Assembly (NCBI GenBank): GCA_964479945.1
Contig: CAYZNS010000002.1
Location: 13,172 to 77,171, forward strand
Reading direction: 5' to 3'
From: an uncultured Candidatus Saccharibacteria bacterium
Lineage (GTDB): Bacteria; Patescibacteriota; Minisyncoccia; Ryanbacterales; 2-02-FULL-48-12
DNA: 64,000 bases
Positions 28,159 through 37,148 of this stretch are shown here, piece after piece. Numbering within the stretch: position 1 is the first letter of the stretch; the number at the start of each line of letters is the position of its first letter. The notes under the pieces are model-generated. The model was not told the origin of the DNA. It made no database searches and saw only the letters and a list, made by a program, of their open reading frames with translations. Position numbers and translations under genes: made by a program.

Positions 28159-28432
28159 TATGCTTAAAGCCGATAGCGCCCGGCTCATCCGCCGCTTCCA
28201 GCTTGCCGAACGAAGTTTCGTATCTGTCCACCTGCTCGCCCAATGCGCGCAGAAGCCGCTTGGCGTGCCCCGGACTTATAATGATTCGCTCCACCAGCAA
28301 AGCCCCCGGCGGCAGAATATTCATGAAGTCAAACACGAACTCCTCTTTGGTGTGCGAAACCATCACGTTGTTTGCATACCGGCCCTTCAAAACCTCGTCC
28401 GTCGCTTTGATGTTTAGTTTTTGTTGTTCCAT
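28151..28432 (-). CDS. small conserved protein, DUF3467-like
   Basis: 93 aa. MEQQKLNIK...GRYANNVMVSHTKEEFVFDF pattern recalled as DUF3467. Low confidence. Confidence 0.35.
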   Translation of the reverse strand: MEQQKLNIKATDEVLKGRYANNVMVSHTKEEFVFDFMNILPPGALLVERIIISPGHAKRLLRALGEQVDRYETSFGKLEAADEPGAIGFKHNE

Positions 28433-28473
28433 AGTTCCAGTATAACAGGAAATACAACTTTTAGTAAATAACT

Positions 28474-28608
28474 GTAATTACGAAACTCCAAAAACATTGT
28501 CATTGCGAGGAGCGAAGCGACGTGGCAATCCCGTAATTTTCAAGGTATTCACGAGATTGCTTCGCTTTGCTCGCAATGACAATGGGTAGTTTCGTAATTC
28601 AAAGTAAG
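28474..28608. repeat. family-A palindromic element, full-length copy with terminal inverted repeats aattacgaaact/agtttcgtaatt
   Basis: Core gtcattgcgagg...ctcgcaatgac plus the conserved outer segments ttacgaaactc(c)aaaaa and gtttcgtaattcaaagtaag, which are shared with the 63527 copy. Confidence 0.7.
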
Positions 28609-28647
28609 GTATTGTCGGAGAGCATATAAGCGCTGCACAGGGGCATA

Positions 28648-28675
28648 TTGACAAATAAACACACTTTGCTACACT
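28648..28675 (+). promoter_or_regulatory. sigma70-like promoter TTGACA-16-TACACT
   Basis: Consensus -35 with a 4/6 -10. No plus-strand CDS lies downstream, only a 250-nt GC-rich segment and a terminator. Confidence 0.45.
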
Positions 28676-28681
28676 GGTAAC

Positions 28682-28930
28682 TAGATTGTTATGGGGCTTC
28701 TCCGTATCCCTCTCCACTCACAACCCCCAACCCCGAGGGACCGGAGAGCCCCGCCCTTTCGCCCCCCTTGACAGTACCTGACCCTCGGTCCTCGGAGGCG
28801 TGAGTTGTCCGCCTTAGGCGGAAGTGAGATTAGCTCGCGCCTCCCCACCCCCACCCCCGCCGACGCTCGCGGTACCATACCGTTATATTCCGATACGGTA
28901 TCCGAGTGTTGCGGGGGTTCTTTTTTTGCA
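28682..28930 (+). ncRNA. candidate structured ncRNA: GC- and C-rich (ccccacccccaccccc) ~250-nt unit between a promoter and a strong terminator
   Basis: No convincing ORF. Local hairpins at tccgcc-tta-ggcgga and ataccgt-(11 nt)-acggtat. GC content is well above the genome background. Confidence 0.3.
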
Positions 28931-28960
28931 AAAAAGCCGACAAGGTGTCGGACTTTTTTT
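28930..28960. terminator. bidirectional rho-independent terminator aaaaaag-ccgaca-agg-tgtcgg-acttttttt
   Basis: 6-bp stem and 3-nt loop, with an A6 tract upstream and a T7 tract downstream. Confidence 0.7.
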
Positions 28961-28995
28961 ATTTTGAATTGCAAGATGATCCCCTCCTATTATCT

Positions 28996-29112
28996 CCGGG
29001 TGTGCTCCCTCACCAAAAGTTTTGGTGAGGGAGTGTGCCGAGCCGGGCTACTCACAATCCCGCTTTTAGCGGAATGTGCGAAGCTCGGTTAGCCACAATC
29101 CTGACGCTTTAG
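28996..29112. repeat. family-B repeat element (ctccctcaccaaaagttttggtgagggag...agctcggttagccacaatcc)
   Basis: Contains the perfect 17-bp palindrome caccaaaagttttggtg. A second copy lies at 45286..45381 and a related palindromic variant at 37859..37924. Confidence 0.6.
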
Positions 29113-29117
29113 ATTCC

Positions 29118-29468
29118 CTACTTCTTTTTTGGGGGCGACTTCGCCGCTTGCGTTACGTGCTTGGAGATATTCTTCCAGTATCCTTTCAGCTCTTTTGCGA
29201 GCGCGGCCACTTCATCTTTGTCTATGTTCTTTGCACTTTGATACTTTTGGGAAACTTTGTCCACCATCTTTTCGTATGCATCCCCGCTCATGTCGCGCAG
29301 GCCTTCCAATCCGTCCATCACTTCGCCTTTCATGCGAAGCATCCAGCCCTTTATTTTTTTCTTCTGCTTAGGCGCGGCTTTCCCATACAAAAAATACGCG
29401 CCCGCCGCGGCCGCCGCGATTGCGGCTAAACCCAATCCGATACCGCTTGCTTTTTTATTGTTCGCCAT
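29118..29468 (-). CDS. YtxH-like general stress protein
   Basis: 116 aa. N-terminal GIGLGLAAIAAAAAGAYFLY segment and a charged coiled C-terminus. Classic pairing with the adjacent DUF948 gene. Confidence 0.5.
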   Translation of the reverse strand: MANNKKASGIGLGLAAIAAAAAGAYFLYGKAAPKQKKKIKGWMLRMKGEVMDGLEGLRDMSGDAYEKMVDKVSQKYQSAKNIDKDEVAALAKELKGYWKNISKHVTQAAKSPPKKK

Positions 29469-29796
29469 TGTTTTTTTCTTCAGTTATATTGCTATGCTTT
29501 TTTCGTGCCACCGGTTTTCGCGTTCGACCTCTCACCTTTTCCCCCAGAGTGAATAAAACGCTTAAAAATCCCAGCGCATGTTTAAATTTTATGCTTTCTT
29601 CTTTTACAAAGGAACGCGCATCCGCGATATCGCCGCGCAGCGTGTACAATTCCTGTTCCACCACTTCTGAAATACTGCGAAGTATCCGCAACAAACGCAC
29701 GAAATGGTACAGCGCCAAGATAACGGCGCCCGCAACACATACGGCGGCAATTGCCGTTATAAAAAAGAATACATTGGACTGCAAAACTTCACTCAT
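29455..29796 (-). CDS. DUF948/YtxG-like membrane protein
   Basis: 113 aa. N-terminal TM helix then a coiled-coil. Confidence 0.45.
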   Translation of the reverse strand: MSEVLQSNVFFFITAIAAVCVAGAVILALYHFVRLLRILRSISEVVEQELYTLRGDIADARSFVKEESIKFKHALGFLSVLFTLGEKVRGRTRKPVARKKHSNITEEKNNGEQ

Positions 29797-30686
29797 ATTT
29801 TTACTATATCACGTACCAAATGGTCCGCCACTGTTGATAACACTCTGCGCGGCAGCGCGTCGGCTGAAATATCCTGCGCGCCCAGATCAATCGGGTGGTT
29901 CGCATAATCAACCACGAAATAGTCCTCTCTGTTCGTAAACACTATCTCTGCGCTGAATACGTCAAATCCCGTTATGCTATATATTGCCAGGAGTGTTTTT
30001 TCCAACACCGTCGCCGCTGCATTCTCTTCCGGCACATGTCTCAATTCTTCATAAAAATGATTAACCGGATTCCACCGCAATGGAATAATGGCGCCGCACA
30101 CATACAGGGGCCGGAACCATCCCGCGCGTCCGGCAATTACGGCAGGCGTTAAGAACTCCTGCATCAGCGCGGCATCGTTGCCATTCCCCTCCATGAACTT
30201 TGTAACATCTTCCTTGCGCGATGCTGTCATCAAAACATCATTCTCCATGCCTCCGTATGCGGGTTTTATGACGAACGGAACAGTAAATTCCTTGAGCGCG
30301 CGAGGAGCCTCCCGTTTTGCCTCACTAAGCGAATAGACTATGCGCGTTTTGGGTACCGGAATGCCCGCGGACGCGAAAGCCTTGTGAAGCGCTATCTTGC
30401 TTCCCCACCGCGCGGCTTGCGTTGGATTGTTTACCACGCGCACGCCGCGCTCGGCCAACATCCACGCGATCTGCGCATAGGGCGGATAATCTATGGAGGA
30501 GCGATCCAAGTACCAGCGATACGCAACGCTGCCATTTCTAATTTCTTCAAACCGTTCGCTGATATTCTGATAGGTGATCTCGTCAACAGAAAGCTTGGCG
30601 CTTCGCAACTCTTTTTTCAGGAGTGATACAAAAACTGCGTCTATCGGACTCGCCCACCCGATACCAACGTCATATATCTTTGTCAT
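29793..30686 (-). CDS. ATP-grasp domain protein (RimK/glutathione-synthetase-like)
   Basis: Start set at MTKIYDVGIGW (ATG at 30686). ATP-grasp-like core FVIKPAYGGMENDV. Confidence 0.5.
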   Translation of the reverse strand: MTKIYDVGIGWASPIDAVFVSLLKKELRSAKLSVDEITYQNISERFEEIRNGSVAYRWYLDRSSIDYPPYAQIAWMLAERGVRVVNNPTQAARWGSKIALHKAFASAGIPVPKTRIVYSLSEAKREAPRALKEFTVPFVIKPAYGGMENDVLMTASRKEDVTKFMEGNGNDAALMQEFLTPAVIAGRAGWFRPLYVCGAIIPLRWNPVNHFYEELRHVPEENAAATVLEKTLLAIYSITGFDVFSAEIVFTNREDYFVVDYANHPIDLGAQDISADALPRRVLSTVADHLVRDIVKI

Positions 30687-30848
30687 ACATAAACTATAAG
30701 ACTTTTCACACCTTATTCCCATATTACGAACAGTGTCCGAGTTGTGCATAACCCAATCCCCCACTATACTATCCCTATGGCAAATCCTCCACCGCAACAA
30801 TCGTCCGGGTCCGTTTCTCTGCACCCCGCCTCATTTGCAGGGGTACGC

Positions 30849-33455
30849 ATGCCGCCGCAAAACGTGGAAGCCGAAATGTCCGTTTTAGGATCGCTCATGC
30901 TAGACAAAGACGCATTCAATAAAACCGCCGATATCTTAAAACCGGCTTGTTTTTATCGTGACCAGCATCGGGTTATTTATGAGGCAATGCAGGAATTATT
31001 TGAAAAGCGCGTGCCGATTGACGTGCTTTCCACATCCAACCGGCTCCGTGAAAAAAAGAAATTGGAAGAAACCGGCGGGGTCAGTTACTTAACGCAGCTC
31101 GTGAATATGGTGCCAACTGCGAGCAATGTTGCGCATTATGCCGATATCGTAAACCGCAAATACGTGCTGCGAAGCATTATCTCCATATCGCAGGACATAA
31201 GCCAATTGGGCTATCAGGAATCCGACGACGTAGATATATTGCTGGACGAGGCAGAGCGAAAAATTTTTAGCATCTCGCACGGCTCGCTCCGCCAGCGGTT
31301 CGCCCCCGTTTCCGAAGCGCTGGAAGCCGCATGGGATCGCATAGACAATCTTCAAAAAGGCGAGCATCTGCGTGGCGTCCCCACAGGCTTTACTCAGCTG
31401 GACAATCTTCTCTCCGGACTCCAAAAATCGGATATGATTGTCCTTGCCGCGCGGCCTTCTTTCGGTAAAACGAGTCTCGCACTTGATATAGCGCGTAAAG
31501 CGGCCGTCAAGGAAAACACGCCAGTCGGCATATTTAGCCTGGAGATGTCCACCGAACAGGTTATTGACCGCCTTCTTGCGGCAGAAGCCAATGTGGATTC
31601 ATGGCGGCTCCGCACGGGCCGGCTTTCCCATGATTCCGATGATTTTCTACGCATCCGCGAAGCGCTGGACCGCCTTTCCAAAGCGCCAATTTTCATAGAC
31701 GACGAGCCATCCAATAACATTCTTCAAATGCGCGCGATGGCCCGGCGGCTGCAAACCGAACACGGGCTGGGGCTTATTATCGTGGACTATCTGCAACTTA
31801 TTACCTACCACAAAGGAACCTCCGACAGCTTGGTACGCGAAGTTACGGAAATCTCCCGCGCATTGAAAGGCCTCGCGCGCGAACTCGAAGTGCCTGTGCT
31901 CGCCATCTCCCAGCTTTCGCGCGCCGTAGAGCAGCGCCATCCGCCGATACCGAAATTGTCGGATTTGCGGGAATCCGGATGTCTTACGGGAGATACTCTC
32001 CTGACCAATGCCGATACGGGGAAACGCACCCCGATCAAAGAACTGGTCGGTAAAACAAATATTCCGATATTTTCATTTACCGCGGACCATAAAATAGAAC
32101 GACGCCTTATTTCCAACGTATTTCCAAACGGGAATAAAAAAATATATCAAATCACAACGAGAAGCGGGCGCACCATAAAAGCGTCAGAGAATCATCCATT
32201 TTTTACCATACACGGTTGGCGCGCTCTTAAAACATTGACTGCAGGCATGCATGTTGCCGTCCCGCGCCACATAGCACCAATGCATTCCGTTTCTGTAATG
32301 TCTGATTCGGAACTTACCCTGCTTGCTCATCTTATCGGAGACGGATGTATTCTTCCTCGCCAACCCTTCCATTACACCAGCGCAGATGAATATAATATTG
32401 CCGTTGTAAGCGCATCAGCAAACAAACTTTTTGGCATACAGCCGCGCACGATCCGCCAAAAAAATTGGTATCATATATATCTGCCATCGCCCTATCGTCT
32501 GACACGCAATAAAAGACATCCAATATCAAATTGGTATAAAAAGATGGGGCTTCCTTTATCAAGATCATATGAAAAAACTCTCCCGGATTCTCTATTCCAA
32601 TGCGGTAATAAGAAAATTCAACTCTTCCTCCATCATCTTTGGGCAACAGACGGAAATATATCTTATAAAAATATTCCTGCCAGGAAAACTGCAGGGTCAA
32701 TATATTATGCTACTTCAAGCACTGTTCTCGCAGAACAAGTACAACATCTTCTCTTGCGTCTTGGTATTTTTAGCACTCTGCGGACAATCCCGCATAAAAA
32801 ATACCGGCCTATGTATCATGTATACATAGAAGGCAGTGTCATGCAAATCCGTTTCTGTGAACTCATAGGATCATATGGAAAGCGAGGCAGTATCGTTCCC
32901 GAACTTCTCAAAAAACTGAAATTAATCAATCCAAATACGAATACGGATATCATACCACGCGAAGCATGGCGTATCCTTATTGAACCGATAAAAGAATCTT
33001 TACAGATAAGTTGGCGGGATTTCGCAAAAAAAATTGACATGGCGTACTGCGGAAGCGCTCTCTTTAAAAACGGGTTGTCTCGTAATAGAATGCTACGCGT
33101 AGCAGAGGCTTTTAGTAGCGAACCATTATGTAAAATAGCACAGTCGGATATTTATTGGGATAAAATAGAATCTATTATCTCTCTTGGAGAAGAAGAAGTT
33201 TTTGATGCGACGGTGCCCGAAACCCATAATTTTATCGCAAATGATATTGTTGTCCATAACAGTATTGAACAAGATGCGGATGTCGTCATGTTCCTTTATC
33301 GGGAGGATAGATACAAAGACGACTCCGCGCAAAAAAACGTAACGGAAGTCCAGATTGCAAAACACCGCAATGGCCCCTTGGGCAAAGTAAGCTTATATTT
33401 TAATCCGAATACTATCTCGTTCTCCGATATCGACAGGCGGGTTGAGGAAGTGTAA
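30849..33455 (+). CDS. dnaB: replicative DNA helicase DnaB interrupted by an intein
   Basis: Start at MPPQNVEAEMSVLGSLM. Walker A ARPSFGKTSLAL and the H4 motif SDLRESG|SIEQDAD are split by the intein. Extein ~476 aa. Confidence 0.85.
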   Translation: MPPQNVEAEMSVLGSLMLDKDAFNKTADILKPACFYRDQHRVIYEAMQELFEKRVPIDVLSTSNRLREKKKLEETGGVSYLTQLVNMVPTASNVAHYADIVNRKYVLRSIISISQDISQLGYQESDDVDILLDEAERKIFSISHGSLRQRFAPVSEALEAAWDRIDNLQKGEHLRGVPTGFTQLDNLLSGLQKSDMIVLAARPSFGKTSLALDIARKAAVKENTPVGIFSLEMSTEQVIDRLLAAEANVDSWRLRTGRLSHDSDDFLRIREALDRLSKAPIFIDDEPSNNILQMRAMARRLQTEHGLGLIIVDYLQLITYHKGTSDSLVREVTEISRALKGLARELEVPVLAISQLSRAVEQRHPPIPKLSDLRESGCLTGDTLLTNADTGKRTPIKELVGKTNIPIFSFTADHKIERRLISNVFPNGNKKIYQITTRSGRTIKASENHPFFTIHGWRALKTLTAGMHVAVPRHIAPMHSVSVMSDSELTLLAHLIGDGCILPRQPFHYTSADEYNIAVVSASANKLFGIQPRTIRQKNWYHIYLPSPYRLTRNKRHPISNWYKKMGLPLSRSYEKTLPDSLFQCGNKKIQLFLHHLWATDGNISYKNIPARKTAGSIYYATSSTVLAEQVQHLLLRLGIFSTLRTIPHKKYRPMYHVYIEGSVMQIRFCELIGSYGKRGSIVPELLKKLKLINPNTNTDIIPREAWRILIEPIKESLQISWRDFAKKIDMAYCGSALFKNGLSRNRMLRVAEAFSSEPLCKIAQSDIYWDKIESIISLGEEEVFDATVPETHNFIANDIVVHNSIEQDADVVMFLYREDRYKDDSAQKNVTEVQIAKHRNGPLGKVSLYFNPNTISFSDIDRRVEEV
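31980..33260 (+). other. DnaB intein (427 aa) with LAGLIDADG homing-endonuclease domain, inserted at the DnaB-b site
   Basis: Begins at Cys (CLTGDTLLT) and ends VVHN followed by Ser. Block B TIKASENHPFFT. LAGLIDADG-like motifs LLAHLIGDGCI and LHHLWATDGNI. Confidence 0.8.
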
Positions 33456-33504
33456 TCAATTCAAATAATATAATCATCTTGCACTTTTAATTTTTAATTT
33501 TTTT

Positions 33505-34113
33505 ATGTCCTATCCAAAACACATCCAACGGCTCTCCGAACTCTTGACAGAACTCCCCGGCTTGGGCCCGCGGCAAGCCATGCGGCTTGCGTTTGCGCTC
33601 ACTGAAAAGAATGACGCCTGGCGCCAGGAATTCTTGGCTCTCATCGAAACGATGAGCAGCGAACTTGGCGCGTGCGCGCTTTGTTTCCGCATAATGGAAA
33701 AACGCGTGGCGGCGCTGTGCAATATATGCTCCTCCCCGAGCCGCGCAAAAGACAAACTGCTGGTGGTAGAAAAAGAATCAGACTTGGAAATGTTCGAACG
33801 CGCGAATGCCTTTGACGGCCTCTATCATGTTACGGGCGGCACGCTCTCCCCGCTTGAGAAAAACCCGGGCGAGCGTCTGCATTTGCAGGAATTGTTCAAT
33901 CGCATCAAAGCGGACCCGCAGCGCGCATCTTTGGAAGTCATCATTGCCACATCCAACACATTGGAAGGCAACCAGACCGCAAACTATATTGAGCGCATCT
34001 TGGCTCCCCTGCAGATAAAAATAACCCGCTTAGGCCGCGGGTTATCTACGGGCGCGGAGATCGAATATGCGGATCCCCTTACGCTAGAGGCAGCGTTGAA
34101 GAACAGGAACTAG
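33505..34113 (+). CDS. recR: recombination protein RecR
   Basis: HhH N-terminus, C4 zinc finger (CALCFRIMEKRVAALCNIC) and Toprim domain. Confidence 0.9.
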   Translation: MSYPKHIQRLSELLTELPGLGPRQAMRLAFALTEKNDAWRQEFLALIETMSSELGACALCFRIMEKRVAALCNICSSPSRAKDKLLVVEKESDLEMFERANAFDGLYHVTGGTLSPLEKNPGERLHLQELFNRIKADPQRASLEVIIATSNTLEGNQTANYIERILAPLQIKITRLGRGLSTGAEIEYADPLTLEAALKNRN

Positions 34114-34114
34114 T

Positions 34115-34172
34115 CTGCTGTCAAACACTAAGTGTCTGACAAGCTTGTCAGACACTTAGTGTTTGACAGCAG
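34115..34172. terminator. perfect 58-bp palindrome (29-bp arms) between convergent recR and rplU; overlaps the last 17 nt of rplU
   Basis: Every position was checked manually: position i pairs with 34287-i across 34115-34172. It contains two copies of the TGTCAAACACT half-site motif. The right arm encodes TAVKH* of L21. Confidence 0.7.
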
Positions 34173-34476
34173 TAATCTCAACCTCCGTAAAATGCTGGCG
34201 ATGCCCTTTTTTGCGGCGGTGGCGGGTTTTTGAGTGGTAGCGCAGATTTGTTATTTTTTTGGCGCGTCCATGGCGAAGTACCTTTGCGGCAACGTGGACT
34301 CCCGCAACCAGGGGCGTCCCGATTTTCGCCTCCGTTCCGTCTTCTACCAATAGCACCTCCTCAAATGAAAAATCCTTACCCTCTTCCACGGGCAGTTTTT
34401 CTATTTTGAGCTTTTTCCCCGGTTCCGCGATGTATTGCTTTCCTCCAGTTTTGATGACCGCAAACATGCTATACAT
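34156..34476 (-). CDS. rplU: 50S ribosomal protein L21
   Basis: (MYS)MFAVIKTGGKQY signature. No rpmA (L27) downstream. Confidence 0.85.
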   Translation of the reverse strand: MYSMFAVIKTGGKQYIAEPGKKLKIEKLPVEEGKDFSFEEVLLVEDGTEAKIGTPLVAGVHVAAKVLRHGRAKKITNLRYHSKTRHRRKKGHRQHFTEVEITAVKH

Positions 34477-34542
34477 AGTAACAAATCGCCTGTAAAAGTA
34501 AAGCCCCATGCCGCTGTCCGGCATGGGGTGTTCAGATGAGAA

Positions 34543-35139
34543 TTAGAGGCCTTTAGACATAACACTCGTGGAAGGAGGAGATGATGGCGGAGGTGGTGGT
34601 GGAATAGTCTCTTCCGGCAGCAGCCAATCAATGCCGGCATCAGAAACGAAAAGTCTGATGCCAACTTCCCATGCAAAAAGCTCTCTGCCAGTTGAGTCCT
34701 TCACATATAAGTCAAACTTATAGCCGCCACCAAAACCACAAGTCTCCCCGGTTGTGGTAGCGCCGCCATAATCGGCAATCAACACAAAATGATTGCCCTC
34801 ACCACACGCGCCGGTCACTAGCGGACAAGCGTATCCACACACAGGTTGCCACAAGCAAACACGCTCATCATCCCCTCTTCCCAAAATCAGCTCCTCATCC
34901 ACCACAAAGATTTGGGGATCAACGAATGACATCCCTAAGTCATTACTCAACGTGTCGCCCAAAACCCGAAATGTTCCGCCCGGGGGACAATAAAATTTCC
35001 AGGCATCCCCGTTACGCTGCCCCCGTTCATTTCTCCCTACGTTGGGCAAGTCGTTTTGCCGGCGCACGCGCTCGCCGAAAGACAAGCCGGGGATAGTAAC
35101 TATAAGAGAAATAAACAAAGCCGAACAAATCCATCTCAT
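34543..35139 (-). CDS. secreted Cys-rich hypothetical protein with Pro-rich C-terminus
   Basis: Signal peptide MRWICSALFISLIVTIPGLSFG. Multiple Cys. PPPPPPSSPPSTS tail. Confidence 0.35.
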   Translation of the reverse strand: MRWICSALFISLIVTIPGLSFGERVRRQNDLPNVGRNERGQRNGDAWKFYCPPGGTFRVLGDTLSNDLGMSFVDPQIFVVDEELILGRGDDERVCLWQPVCGYACPLVTGACGEGNHFVLIADYGGATTTGETCGFGGGYKFDLYVKDSTGRELFAWEVGIRLFVSDAGIDWLLPEETIPPPPPPSSPPSTSVMSKGL

Positions 35140-35304
35140 TGCACACCTCCATTGTTGAGATTGTTTAGCATGCCTTCCATTCCAACCAACTCATGCACAT
35201 AAAGGCGGATCCCGCGCCATAATCACCTCCCATTATCAACAAAGCATCTGCATGTATTATGCACATGGCTAGACCTTTGTCAAATGGATCCGCTCATCGT
35301 CTTC

Positions 35305-37032
35305 TTACATCTTTTCCAGAGCTTCAAGCCCCAAGAGATACATGCCGTTTTTGAGAGTTAGCGCCGTTGTGGAAACGAGTACTAAGCGCAACGCCCGTTT
35401 TGCCTCATCCGGCTCTTGCAACACGGAAAACGCATGATAAAACTCGTTTGCCGTACTTGCAAGCTGATAGAGATATGCGGCAACGACATGGGGAGAAAGG
35501 AGCGATAACGCTTCCGCGATTATCTCCGGGTAGCGGAGAATGGTTGCCGCAAGCCGGCGCTCGCTATCTTCAAAGCGTATCCCCCCATACGCTGAAATTC
35601 CTGCAAGGGGTAAGCCGGACAGGCAGTTTTTTCGTAAAATACTCTTCAAGCGCGCGTATGTATACTGCACGTAAGGTCCCGTATTTCCTTCAAATGACAA
35701 TGCCTTATCCCAATCAAATACGATATCCGACTTTCTATTATGCGATAGATCAAAATATTTTATGGCTCCCACTCCGACTTTCCTTGCCGCCGCGTCGGCA
35801 TCGGCAAGCGCGGGATTCTTTTCCCGGATAATCTCGCGCGCTTTTCGTTCCGCATCTTGGAGCAATTGATAAAGCGCGACAGCTGTTCCTTTACGCGTAC
35901 TCATAGCACCTTCCGGCAATGTCATGAACCCGAATTCCACCTGCTGTGATCCCTGAGCGCCATCGAATCCAAGCAGCTCCGCTACGCGAAACAACTGGTG
36001 AAAATGATGCGCCTGGCGCACATCAACCACGTAGAGATTCTTCCAAAAATTCCAGCGTTCGTTCCGATAGTTTATTGCCGCCAGGTCGCGAAGAAGATAC
36101 GTGGTCGCTCCATCGGATTTTATCAAAACGGCCTCATCCAGCTTCTCGGCGGTCAAGTCAACCACAACGGCGCTATCGCTTTTTTTCTCCGCGACTCCTC
36201 TTTTGAGCGCTTCTTCCACGATAGGAAGCATAACCTCCTCATAGGACGACTCGCCCTTATGCTCGTCAAACGGCAGAAGGCCAAGCTGCTCCGCGCTTTC
36301 GGTGAGTTTTTGCATGGAAACCTCTACCATCCATTGCCAGATTTTTCTGTTTTCCACGTCTCCGCGTTCCAGCTTTGCAAATTCTTGCTTTGCCCTTTCT
36401 CTGCGTTCCGGATTCTCCTCAATACGCTTGTTTTCACGCTTATATAAATCCTCCAAAAACTCAAACGGGTCTCCCGCAATTTTTTCCTGCAGCGCGGCGT
36501 CTCCCTGATCTTTGTATGCATGCAACAATATCCCAAACTGCGTGCCCCAATCCCCCACGTGCGTATCGGAAACCGCGTGATATCCTTGCGATAAAAACAT
36601 ACGCTTCAACGCATCCCCGATTGCCGCTGAACGAAGATGCCCGATATGCGGGCGTTTTGCGATATTAAGCTGAAAATATTCAACCATAACCGTTTTTCCT
36701 GCTCCTGCAGCACTGGTCCCCCACGCGTCATCCTGCTCCAAAACGTACTCAATACTTTTTTGTAAATGCGCGTCCGCAATACGAAAATTTAAAAACCCCG
36801 GTGGCGCCACGGATACCTCCCACCGTTCATCTTGCAAATTTCTTGCAATTTCATCGGCTATCTCAAGCGGATTCTTGCCAATAGCCTTCGCGACCAAAAG
36901 CGCAATGTTTGTCGCATAGTCGCCATGATCCTGGTTGTCAGGCGTCTCCACGGAAAACGATATATCAGTCGCCTCTCCCACACCTTGAAGCGCCTCTTCT
37001 ATTTTTTGCTTTATATCTTGCCGAATCTTCAT
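35305..37032 (-). CDS. argS: arginyl-tRNA synthetase
   Basis: HIGH-like motif PHIGHLRSAAIGD and overall ArgRS architecture. Confidence 0.9.
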   Translation of the reverse strand: MKIRQDIKQKIEEALQGVGEATDISFSVETPDNQDHGDYATNIALLVAKAIGKNPLEIADEIARNLQDERWEVSVAPPGFLNFRIADAHLQKSIEYVLEQDDAWGTSAAGAGKTVMVEYFQLNIAKRPHIGHLRSAAIGDALKRMFLSQGYHAVSDTHVGDWGTQFGILLHAYKDQGDAALQEKIAGDPFEFLEDLYKRENKRIEENPERRERAKQEFAKLERGDVENRKIWQWMVEVSMQKLTESAEQLGLLPFDEHKGESSYEEVMLPIVEEALKRGVAEKKSDSAVVVDLTAEKLDEAVLIKSDGATTYLLRDLAAINYRNERWNFWKNLYVVDVRQAHHFHQLFRVAELLGFDGAQGSQQVEFGFMTLPEGAMSTRKGTAVALYQLLQDAERKAREIIREKNPALADADAAARKVGVGAIKYFDLSHNRKSDIVFDWDKALSFEGNTGPYVQYTYARLKSILRKNCLSGLPLAGISAYGGIRFEDSERRLAATILRYPEIIAEALSLLSPHVVAAYLYQLASTANEFYHAFSVLQEPDEAKRALRLVLVSTTALTLKNGMYLLGLEALEKM

Positions 37033-37074
37033 ACAATAACTCTATCTTATTCTCCTCGCGAATCAAACAGGCAA

Positions 37075-37113
37075 AAAACAAAAGCAACAATTCCTCGCGA
37101 TCGCGAGGAATTG
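37075..37113. terminator. hairpin terminator with perfect 26-bp palindrome caattcctcgcgatcgcgaggaattg (GATC centre) followed by a T-rich tract on the minus strand
   Basis: Lies after the stop of the 37149..37849 gene and upstream of argS. Confidence 0.55.
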
Positions 37114-37148
37114 TTAAACACGTCTTCATAATGTAAATTGAATGTTCA

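Noticed and set aside
28682-28965. tmRNA (ssrA), because the unit starts GGGGCU and is GC-rich
   Set aside because: It has no tRNA-like T-arm/ACCA 3' end, no tag-peptide reading frame ending ...AA-stop, and it is too short. It is kept only as an unclassified ncRNA candidate.
28478-29092. ORFs 28478..28717 (-), 28681..28974 (-) and 28805..29092 (+)
   Set aside because: They overlap the palindromic repeat, the GC-rich ncRNA candidate and two terminators. They have low-complexity Arg/Gly/Pro-rich translations.
30744-30848. 35-aa N-terminal extension of DnaB (MHNPIPHYTIPMANPPPQQ...)
   Set aside because: The canonical DnaB N-terminus (MPPQNVEAEMSVLGS) begins at 30849. The extension is Pro/Ser-rich and overlaps the divergent ATP-grasp promoter region. 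It cannot be excluded but is unlikely.
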